DNA from: Chrysochromulina tobinii
Taxonomy: Eukaryota
Length of the DNA stretch: 37,195 nucleotides
Assembly (NCBI GenBank): GCA_001275005.1
Contig: JWZX01003113.1
Location: forward strand, 1-37,195
Reading direction: 5' to 3'
In this document: one piece after another, positions 27,191 through 37,000 of the stretch
Numbering within the stretch: the stretch's first letter is position 1
Layout: each line of letters starts with the position of its first letter
Made by a program: the position numbers and the translations under genes
Notes under the pieces: generated by a model
The model's database searches: none
Told to the model about the DNA's origin: nothing
The model's input: the letters and a program-made list of their open reading frames with translations, nothing else

Positions 27191-28303
27191 ATGCGCGCCA
27201 CCGAGCGGGTGGCATTCATCATCGCGGCGCTACTCAGCCTGAAGACCGTCTGGCATCCGCTCCGCCTTTTCGGGCGAAGACAGCCTGAACAGCTCGTCAT
27301 CGTGCCCACGCCTCTTCTACTGTCTTGGACGGTCTCGACATTGGAGAAGGCAGGCCTTGCTACCAAAGCAGCCGACGTGGTGGCGCGCGCACTGGTGGCC
27401 GCACAGCGCGACGGGCGGGGCGCGCATGGGATGGCAAGGCTTCCGGCAATCGTGCGCTCGCTGCAGAATGGCGAGGTGGCAGGCAGTGCTCTGCCACGCA
27501 TCACGCGGATAAGGCCTGCACTGCTCCAGGTCGATGCCCAGAATGGGCTCGCCATGCCGGCCATCTCGCAGGCGCTGCCCGAGCTGGCCATCGCTGTGCG
27601 CCAGCATGGGATCGCAGCTCTGAGCGTGGTCGACGCACGCGGCATCGTCGGCGCACTGTGGGTGCCACTAGAAAGGATGGCGTCCGAGCATGGCATAGCG
27701 GTAGTTGCCTGCTGCAACAGCCCGGCCTTCGTCTGCCCGACAGGCGGGACAGCTCGCGTCTTTGGCACAAACCCGATCGCGTTCGCGTGGCCACGTCACG
27801 GGAAGCCGCCCCTGGTCGCCGATTTCGCGTGCTCCACCATCTCGCGGGGCGACATGCAGCACTTGGCCAGGCAGCGAAAGCCGCTGCCTACTGGCAGCGC
27901 GCTCGACCCATCTGGTAGGCCAACGACCGATGCGAGTGCGGGGCTCGCTGGCACGCAGCTTGCCTTTGGTGGGCACAAGGGCAGCGCGCTCGCGCTCCTC
28001 GTTGAACTCCTCTCCGCCTCTCTCATCGGGACCGAACTTGGCGTCGAAGGGGGTGCATCGAGCGAGGCGGGTGGCATGCGCCGTGGCCTCTTCTTTATTG
28101 GGCTGGATGTGGATGCGCATCACGGCGCCGCTCGTGAGAGCGCCGAACGCCTGTTCGCTGCCGTATTCGAGGCGGGCGGGCGGCTGCCCGGAGACGGCCG
28201 CTACGCACATCGTGCGCGTGGTAGCGGCGATGATGGGGGAATCGCCGTGGACGCACCGCTGCTCATCGAGTGCTTTGGCACGACAGAGTTGACTTTACTG
28301 TAA
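27191..28303 (+). CDS. Ldh_2 family NAD(P)-dependent oxidoreductase (malate/L-lactate/sulfolactate dehydrogenase or DpkA-like)
   Basis: VARALVAAQRDG..AHG.ARLP; VDAQNG; GALW; FGTNPIAFAWP; PLV.D...S.ISRG; FGGHKGSALALLVELL. Hydrophobic N-terminal extension. Confidence 0.9.
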   Translation: MRATERVAFIIAALLSLKTVWHPLRLFGRRQPEQLVIVPTPLLLSWTVSTLEKAGLATKAADVVARALVAAQRDGRGAHGMARLPAIVRSLQNGEVAGSALPRITRIRPALLQVDAQNGLAMPAISQALPELAIAVRQHGIAALSVVDARGIVGALWVPLERMASEHGIAVVACCNSPAFVCPTGGTARVFGTNPIAFAWPRHGKPPLVADFACSTISRGDMQHLARQRKPLPTGSALDPSGRPTTDASAGLAGTQLAFGGHKGSALALLVELLSASLIGTELGVEGGASSEAGGMRRGLFFIGLDVDAHHGAARESAERLFAAVFEAGGRLPGDGRYAHRARGSGDDGGIAVDAPLLIECFGTTELTLL

Positions 28304-28597
28304 GTCGTAAGTGTCTCTAAGGGTGGTAGGAGGGCAGGAGGGCCATGATGAACACTTCCAAGTTTTCCGCACTTGCGTTGCCAACATCTCCATGAACATC
28401 TCCACGGGGCACGGGCCGCCGGCCAACGCCACATCCAGACTTCCTCGACGCGCGCCCAAACCATCCACAACGCATGCTCGGTGTCTCATATGGGGTCGTG
28501 TAAGGTGTGTGTATTCTGAGCGGGTTGTCGCGTCTGCCGCGTTTACGTTCACACTTGCGCTTGCGCGCCGCGGCGAGCTTTCACACAGCTTCTGCGG

Positions 28598-28641
28598 CGC
28601 GAGCGAGCGAGCGAGCGAAGAGCGAGCGAGCGAGCGAGCGA
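28598..28641 (+). repeat. (GCGA)n microsatellite upstream of ATG 28660
   Basis: gcgagcgagcgagcgagcgaagagcgagcgagcgagcgagcga. Confidence 0.8.
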
Positions 28642-28659
28642 ATCACCGCAAGCGCGAGG

Positions 28660-31600
28660 ATGCCTCTTGACCTCGCGCTCGAGTACGCGTCGCTGCATGC
28701 GCGTCTCGCGGCAATCGACGCCTATTTCCCAGGGGCGGACACCTCCTCAGAAACCGCGCAGGCACAACTCTCGGGTCGCAAGAGGCGCTGCGGAGACAGT
28801 GAGCCTCAGCAGGCCCCGTCCATCGGAGCTTTGCCCGCAGCTCCCGAAGAGCCCGCATCGTTACTGAGGTCTCCCACACCATCTCTCGCCCAGTCCGATG
28901 CTGTGCCACTAGCCTCGGGTCAGACCGAACCTGATGCTGCGCTGTCAGCTGAGCCAGCCGAGGCTGTGCCGCTTCGATTCGACGATGAGACAATGGCTGA
29001 GACTCCGCTCAAGGTGGGCGTCTGCGGCACACCCGGTGGCATCAGCACGCACTCTGGTGACGCCTATGCGCGCCTTGAGTCGTCAGGCGACGGCGCGGGA
29101 CCTGCCGCCGCCCCAACTGACGGTAACGTGATGGGCACTGGCAGTGCACATGGGTTTGCGGAGGATGTGGCCACGACGGCCCTTGCCGCCCAAGGGCCGC
29201 TGGCCGTGCCACCGCCACCGCTGCCTCCGCTTCAGCCATTGCAACCACAGCAACGCGTACCTCAGCCGCAGCCGCCTTCGCAGCTGCAGTCAAGGCCACC
29301 TCCGCTGCTGCAAGTGCCACCGCCTCTGCCGCAGCCACCCTCGCATCTGCCACCGCCTCCGCTGCCGCAGCCACCCTCGCATCTGCCACCGCCTCCGCTG
29401 CCGCAGCCGCCCTCGCATCTGCTAACGTCGGCCCAGCCACCTCTGCCTCCGCCTCCACTACCGCAGCCACACTTGGCACGGATTGCACCACCACCGCCGT
29501 TGCCACCGCTTCAGCCACTCCAGCCACCACAGCACCAGCCACCGCAGCCACCGCAGCCACCGCAGCCACCACCGCCGCCACCGCCGCTGCGCCAGCAAGT
29601 GTCGGCACCGATCCCGTGCGTGCTACCCGCCGCCCCGGCCCCGCACGCGGCGGCGGATGTGTCCAACACGGTGCCACTCGCGGCCTCGCACTCAAGCGAG
29701 CGGCTGCATGCATTGGTCACGCTACTCAAACACGAGCAAACCAGGCAAGCGCCGCCGGCGCGCTTGCCTCATGCGCCGCTCGCTGCGCGCAACGCGCGCC
29801 CCGCTGAGACGGCACGCGCCCCCGTGCTCGCATGCACGTGCCTGCCCGACGGGCGGGTGGCGTTACTCGAGCCGGATCGCATACTGCTATGGGAGTGTCA
29901 CACCTCTGACCCGTGCACACCCTGCTGGCGGCCGGCTCTCGCGCTCACCGTTCCGCGCGGAAGCCAGCTGCACACGCTCGCGGTGGCCGACAAAGCGATG
30001 GCCGCATCCACGCCACCGCCCTCACAGCCGGAGCCCATTTACGTCGCTGCATGCGGTACGATCGCTGGCAGCGTGGGCGTCGTGGTCGGCGCACCTGCAC
30101 GGCGTCCCAGCTTAGGTGGCCTTGGCGGCGGCCGCGGCGGTGGCCGTGGCGGCGCGGCCAGTAGCAGCAAGGCCGCCACCTACGAAGGTGCAGCGGTGTT
30201 CCGACTCGACGCGTTGAGCTCTATGCACGGGTGGGGCGCCCCCCGCCAATGCCGGCGCGGCTGCGGCTGCCGACCCTTGCCCTGCCGCCGCAGCCGCTGC
30301 GCTGCCCACGCTAGCACCGCGCGCCCTGCTGCAGTCGCCTGGCCCGTCCACGAGCGCTGCGCTACTGCTCGAGCCGCCAGGCCCCCTCTTGCCGGGGGAA
30401 GCCCCCAGCACCACCTTGGCGCTCGGTGGAGCCGACAGCCGCGTGCACCTGTGGCGGCTGAGCCACCCTGCGTCTGAAGAATGGCGCCCGCTGCAGACCC
30501 CTGCCGAGCGACCGGATGACGAGTACGATGCGGGGATCCGTGACTACGGCGCCGTGCTCACGCTGCGCCCACTGAGCGCCGAGTTCGGGCTCCTGCTAGG
30601 CGGGTACGCCTCGGGCGCGGCGCTCTGGCAAACGAGCGCGATCAACGGCTACAACTGCGGCGGCTTGATCAACTTTTTCGTGCGCCAGGAGCCGCTGCTG
30701 CCGATTCCCTCGTACGTAATCAGTGCACCGCTGGTGCTTGCTGAGCGGCTGCGGCTGCGGCCAGGCTCTGTCGATGAGGGCAGAGTCCACGGGGACGTGC
30801 GAGACGAAAGCGCAGGAGAGGAAATCCTCATTGGGGATGGCTCTGCCGCCGCCGCCGCTGCCACTGCCACCGCCGCTGCCACGTCGCAAGTTGCGTGCGT
30901 CGCGGCGCTCATCGTGGCCCTGCCTCCGCGGCCGCTGAAGCCATACCGCGACGAGATCGAAAACATACCTCGACGGTATCAGCTGCCCTGCCCGGCGAAT
31001 GAGGTGGGATACGTGCAGTGGGGCGGTCACCTGTCCTCTGGCAGCGTCATTGTCGCCACCGCCCTTGGCTGGCTGCACGAGACCGATCAGCACGCGGCCA
31101 CCGCCGGCACTGCCGCCCACGTGGAACTGCCGCGTGGCACTGCCGCCACCCGCGCGCCGCCGCCGCTTGCACGCCGCTTCGTGCTCACCAGCACGGCATC
31201 CATTCCGGTGGATGCCTACTATACAGGCGGCGACGGCGTGCTCGGAGGAGCTGCAGCCGGATGGACTGGTGACACAACGCTGCGCGCGCCAGTGGAGGAC
31301 GAGAGTGCACCCCTCGTGTGCTTGGCTACTGACGGTGCGGTAATGGCGGCTGTCAGTGTGAGCGGCTGCGTGCACGTGTGGTCGGCTCGGCTGGCACACC
31401 ATCTCGTGACGCTAAGGCCGCCGCCGCCGCCATCGCTCGCCTCGCCTCTTAAGTCCACGCCGCCTCCCTTCGTCGCCGTCCTGCCTGCTGTGTCGATTCT
31501 CATGGCCAACTCGCAATGCGCAGGGAGCAGCCGGCGCCAGTCCATCGGCGCCATCCACAGCGCTGCCACCACCACCGCCGCCGGGGCCCTCAACGGGGGC

Positions 31601-32050
31601 GGCTGCACGCTCGTTATCTTCCTAGGGGCAGAGAGCGCGCCTCTCTGTTGGACGCTGGGTTGGCCTGCGAGCGGCGCCCTCGTGCCAGGACCCTCCGAGG
31701 ACTCCGCCGAGGCTGCTGTAATTGACGCACTGGCTGCGGAGGACGCTGCTGCAATGCGCGCTGCTCAGGATGTAGCCGCCATGAACATCTCCTCAGGCGG
31801 CGCACCTGTGAACATCTCCAGTGGCGGCGCACAAGGCAATGCTCTCGATCCGGGTGATGTGCCGAGACTGATGGAGAGATGCGCCGACGCCGGAGCGGCG
31901 CAAGGAGACGAGGTACCGGCGAGGAGGGTGGGGCAAGAGCAGTTTGCTCTGCAGTGGGATGGCGGCGGCCGTTCGCAATCGCTGGGAGGCTTCTCGGAGC
32001 TGGAGAATTTGATCCAGGCCGTCTCGGCCTCGCACCAGATGGTTGCTTAA
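28660..32050 (+). CDS. Large Pro-rich protein with divergent WD40-like C-terminal part; apparent frameshift near 30230-30244
   Basis: ATG at 28660; poly-Pro region. The 30389 ORF frame is open and protein-like back to about 30218, whereas the first frame turns Arg/Cys-rich after 30240. WD-like segments LGGADSRVHLWRL and VSVSGCVHVWSAR. Confidence 0.6.
29323..29422 (+). repeat. Coding tandem repeat, 36-bp unit (PPPPLPQPPSHL) x about 3
   Basis: Repeated ctgccgcagccaccctcgcatctgccaccgcctccg. Confidence 0.7.
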
Positions 32051-32468
32051 ATGCTTGAACACGAGAGAGTTTACAGGTGCTGGATCAATGGGTTCCTTTG
32101 CTGCTCTTGTGCTTGACAGTTAGCTGTGCTGGTCGTCGCCGGTCGTTTGTGTGCGGTGTAAGCGTTTGCGTGTGCGATCAATTAAGGGGGCGGAGTTGAC
32201 CGGCTCAACGCAATTGCGGGCAATTCACAATCGACACTCGCCCTTTTCACACGCTGAGTGTGCCTGTATGGCTCTCAATAGATTTCATCTTCCGACGAGT
32301 CAGAACATCAAAACCTCAAAACTCACACTTTCCGACGACGACAACCTCAACGAACCCCAAATCTATCCCACTGGAGGCCCACGCCGCTCCTCAACACCTA
32401 ACCTGCGTGCCCTCCTAGTTCCGAGTTGGCGGTACATGTATTCACAGCCCATTCACACTAACTGGACC

Positions 32469-32495
32469 TGACTTGACTTGACTTGACTTGACTTG
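32469..32495 (+). repeat. (TGACT)n microsatellite just upstream of the LRR gene ATG
   Basis: tgacttgacttgacttgacttgacttg. Confidence 0.85.
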
Positions 32496-32509
32496 GTTTA
32501 CTGTTCTCG

Positions 32510-33607
32510 ATGACGGCCACATTCGTAGCCGTCGCTGCTGAGCGTGCGGCCGACTGCATGCGAGGTTATCGCCGCGGTGTCCAGTCTTCGGCGAGCGACA
32601 CCCATCCGCGGGTCGGCACCAATGTGATCCTACACTCGCTGAGCGCGCGCGCTGATCTGAATGGGCTCCTCGGCACCGTCGCCGCTCCGATAGATATTGC
32701 CAGCAAACGAATTGCTGTCAGCCTGCCGCCCAACATAATGAAGCATCCCCTTATGGTCAAGCCGCAAAACATGTCGCGCGTTGGCGAGCCTGCGGACATT
32801 GTTAATTTGGTGGCGGCCGAGCATCAAACTGAGGTGCGTGAGCGCCTTATCGCTGTGAGCGACGGTACTTCCACAGTGCTCGACCTTGAGCACACCGATC
32901 TAAAGCTCGTCCCAGCGGCCATCGGCGTGCTGGGCGCGCGCGTCGAGATTATGGTGCTTGCCGGCAACGATCAAGTGACGTCGTTGCCGCCGGCTATTGC
33001 AGCGCTGCAATCGCTGCGGCTGCTCGACGTGGATGGGTGCCGTCTGAGTGCGCTGCCCGCCTCGCTCTGCTTCCTGTCATCGCTGCAGTCGCTATATGCC
33101 AACGACAATCGGCTGACGAGCCTGCCCGGGTCCTTCGGCCATTTACGATCGTTGCGCGAGCTCCGACTTTCAGGCAATGCGCTTGGTGGGACAGAGGATC
33201 CAATCGCACCCATCGCGCGATTACCTTCGCTCTCGGTGCTCTGGCTCGCCCGGAACGCGCTCACCTCGCTGCCGACGAGCGTGTGCACACTCGGCCGGCT
33301 CAAGGAGCTCGACCTCGATGGCAACGCGCTGGAGGAGCTACCGGCCGCTCTGCTCAGCGGCATGCGCCAGCTCGAAGAGCTCACACTTGAGGGCAACCCG
33401 CTCGAATGGCCGCCCGCCGCGATGGCAAAGCTAGGGCTGGCGGCGATGCGAACCTGGCACGCCGCGCACGCTCGGCCCGAGCAGGCGCTGCCGCGAGAGA
33501 TTCCGTATGGGCATGAGCCAGAAGACAGCATGCACGCCCCCTCCGGCGTGAAGGGATTTCGGACAAACGCCGCGGGCGGCGAATTCATCTTCCCAGGGCC
33601 GTTCTGA
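32510..33607 (+). CDS. Leucine-rich repeat protein with an N-terminal small beta (SH3-like) module
   Basis: About 8 LxxLxLxxNxLxxLP repeats. N-terminal VGTNVILHSLSARADLNGLLGTV...RIAVSL...VKPQNM. Confidence 0.85.
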   Translation: MTATFVAVAAERAADCMRGYRRGVQSSASDTHPRVGTNVILHSLSARADLNGLLGTVAAPIDIASKRIAVSLPPNIMKHPLMVKPQNMSRVGEPADIVNLVAAEHQTEVRERLIAVSDGTSTVLDLEHTDLKLVPAAIGVLGARVEIMVLAGNDQVTSLPPAIAALQSLRLLDVDGCRLSALPASLCFLSSLQSLYANDNRLTSLPGSFGHLRSLRELRLSGNALGGTEDPIAPIARLPSLSVLWLARNALTSLPTSVCTLGRLKELDLDGNALEELPAALLSGMRQLEELTLEGNPLEWPPAAMAKLGLAAMRTWHAAHARPEQALPREIPYGHEPEDSMHAPSGVKGFRTNAAGGEFIFPGPF

Positions 33608-33659
33608 TGTGATTCTCGCAAATACACGACACGACGTAGCCTAAAGTTTAGCGACTGGC

Positions 33660-33925
33660 CCACTGGCACACATTGTCACACACCGGCACCAAACCGGCAC
33701 CACACAATGGCACACACGGGCACACTACCAAACGTTAGGAGTAGTTGGTAGTTCGCTCGGGCAGTAACGAGTAAGCCCTTGCGGCTGGCACGTGGCAGTG
33801 GCACAAGCGCACAACAGCACTAATGAAACGGGCTCCGTCCCGCAAGACCATGGCCCGAACCATAGCTCGAGAGTCGCACACACTGTGGCACACACTGGCA
33901 CACACTGGCACACACTGGCATACTT
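33660..33925. repeat. Degenerate ~10-bp (CACTGGCACA)n repeats in the convergent 3' intergenic region
   Basis: Clusters at about 33660-33725 and 33877-33921. Confidence 0.7.
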
Positions 33926-34003
33926 GCACACTAGCCTTCGACGCGTGGTTCTAGGGCTGCTGGAAGATGACGTACTCACTCTTCCTGTGAGCGGCACTGC
34001 CCA

Positions 34004-37000
34004 TCACAAGTGGAAGGTGGGGCTGTTGCCGTCGAAGGTGCGGCTGCTGTCGAAGGTGCTGCTCGAAGCCACGTCCTTGCTCGCATCGTACGTGCTGGTG
34101 AACACATCGTCGCCTCCAGCGCGAGGGGATGGCACCGAGGAGAGTCGAGCAGAGTCGCAGCCGGCGCGGCGCAAGGTCATTCTACCGGGCCGTTCGAAAG
34201 TCGCTTGCATATCAAGTGACAGATCGCGCGCGAAGGAGTCACTACGACGCACAAGTTGGCGGCCTAGGGGGGTGTTGCAGCTCCCCCGTGAGGTCACCGA
34301 ACGCGCCGAATCCAAGCGCGGGGATGCCTCAGAGCCCTCATCGCCCTCGGTGCCCTTGGCAGACGCACGCAAAGGCAGGAGGCCTGCTGGGGCGCGGCTT
34401 GTCTTGCTGCGAGGCTCCGACAACGAACCCGTCGTGACATCGAACGTGCCGGTGAGGTCGCCCTCGTCGTCCTCAATGCGCTTGGCACGCATGCTCATCT
34501 TTGCCTTCAGCCCGGCCTTCTCAGAGAGGCTGCGTGTGAGCTTGGCCTCGGGGTGCTGCGTGACGCAGGGCGTCTTCGACGACCGTGGGAGATTGAGCGC
34601 CAGATCGATCGAGAGGGTCATGTCCATCGTCTGGGTCAAGGTGGGGCTGCTGCCGTCAAAAGTGCTAGTCGAAGCCTTGTTGGCGTCAAAGGTGCTAGTC
34701 GAAGCCTTGTTGGCGTCAAAGGTGCTGGTCGAAGCCTTGTTGGCGTCATAGGTGCTGGTCGATGCCTTGTTGGCGTCAAAAGTGCTAGTCGAAGCCTTGT
34801 TGGCGTCACAGGTGCTGGTCGAAGCGGCGCCGTCAAAGGTGGCGTCGTAAGTGCTGACGAAGGCGGCGGCCGAGCCATTCCACGACAAACCGGCAGCTGA
34901 AGGGTTTTGCTTCGAGAGTCGCCGGAACTTGGAGCTGCTGGACACGCGAGGCGAGGGGGTGGCGTCGGCACGAGGGCTGAGCGCGAGCGACCCGCCGAGG
35001 CTGCTCTTGGAGGCGTCGTACGTGCCATGCGAGGCGTCGTACGTGCCCCGGCTGTCGACGGCGACAGGCGCGCGCGCCACCCCGCGCTGGAGTCGCACGA
35101 GCGGGCGCATGTCGCGCGCGCCCTTGAGGATGCTTTTTTGGACAACGGGCGACGCGATTGCACCCGCGATCGCCGGCATGTCTGGCCGCTGCTTCGGGTC
35201 GCTCTGGCAGCACTGCTTGGCGAGGGCGAGGATGCTGGGAGGGCACTTGTACTCGCGCCGATCGGTGTCATCGAGGAGCACCTGCACCGGAGAGACGTCG
35301 CCGCGCTGCACCACGCGCACGATGTCCATGGCGGTCTTGCACTTGAGCCCATAGTACGGCGGGCGCAGCGTCGCCATGTGCACGATCAGGCACCCAAACG
35401 ACCACACGTCGAGCGCCGCCGAGTGGGCCTCGCCACGCGCCACCTCGGGCGCCATGTACGGCGGCGTGCCATGGATCCCCTCGCCCTCGGCGGCCGAGCC
35501 GGGCTTGCCCTTGGCGGACGAGCCGAAGTCGGCCACCTTGGCCACCCACGAGTCCGAGAGCAGCACGTTGCCTGGCTTCAGGTCACGGTGGAGCAGGTTG
35601 TTGAAGTGCAGGTACGCGACGCCCTTGGCCACGTCGCTCGCGATCGAGAGAAGCGAGGCGCGCCACGTGCGGTGCTCCGCGTACCCGCTGCTTTGGTGCA
35701 GGAACTCGGAAAGCGAGATCTCGAGCAGCTCGAGCACGATGCCCACGCGCTGCACGTTGTCGGTGGCGATGCCGAGCATGAGCACCACGTTCGGGTGGCG
35801 CAGGCCCATCATGGTGTCGTGCTCCTGCAGCATGTCGGCCAGCAGCGCCGCCGAAGACTCCCTGTCCTCGCGCAGCTGCTTGACCGCGCAAGGCGTCGCA
35901 TTGAACGAGCACGCGTGCACGGTGCCAAAGGTGCCCTCGCCCAGCTTCTCGAGGAGCTCGAGGTCCTTCCATGGGATGGGCTCGATCTTGCTCGACTTGG
36001 TCGCCTGAATGATCATCTGGTTGAGCGCCACCGCCTTGGCCGCCCCTCGAGGAGTCAGGTCGCTTGGCATCGACGAGAGCAAATTGTTCTTTGATGGGTT
36101 GTGCTCATCGAAGGTCGCCGAGGCGAAGGCGGCCGAGGCGAAGGCGGGCGCGACAGGTTTGTCCTTCTTCACAAAGTCGATGGTAGCCTCGGCTTCCAGA
36201 TCCCTGGCGGGTCGGGCGGCGGCATCCGCCTGTCTGACGGGTCGGGCGGCCTTCACAAGGTCGAACTCCTCGCCCAGCGCGATGCCGTGGGTGGCCGCCC
36301 CTCTCTCGTCGGCAGTTCTCGAGCTCGTACTCGCGCCGGAGCCCACCTGTGCTCGCGATCTGCCGAAGGCACGGTGGGTGTTGCCGGCGCGGCCGACCGA
36401 CTTGGCCCGGCTGCGCCGGCAACGGATGACCAGCAGTATGGCTGCGATGCCGCCCAGAAGCGAACCAGCCCCGACGGCGATCAGCACTGTAAGCATGGTG
36501 CTGTTGCCGGCATCGGGCACGGAGAGCCCGGCGCTCATAGCGGGGGGGATGATCGTAAGCACAGTCCGAGAGGTGATGGTTGGCGCGGACGTCACCGTGA
36601 GCCCAAGTACAGAGCTCGCCGCGGACGCGTCCGAAAACATGGTCGCCGCCATGTTTTCTTCGATGGTGGTGCTCGCGCTCGCAGACGGCGTGGTGATGAT
36701 GATGTCGATCCGTGTGGACGCGGCGCTGGCTGCCACGGTGACATTGCCCGGGTCCACGCCCGCAGCGTCCGCGACCGAGGTCGAGATGTTGTTCCGCACG
36801 GCCGACGTGAAGGTCTCGATCGGCTCCGCGGCGACGAAGCTGATTGCCACCTGGTACGTTGTCGTTGTGATCGACCCAGGCGCTGCCGGAGACGGTGGAG
36901 ACTGCGGCGAGGGCGGCGGTGACGGCTGCTCGGGGCACTCTGCGAGAATCGAGTTGTAGGCATCGACGTAGCAGGCGCGGCAGCTGGTATAGCCACCAGC

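Noticed and set aside
33725..33997. ORFs reading CASVCQCVPVC
   Set aside because: Translation of the CACTGGCACA simple repeat.
34654..34825. 30-bp repeats as a CRISPR array
   Set aside because: Head-to-tail units with no spacers, in frame within a kinase CDS; eukaryotic context with no cas genes.
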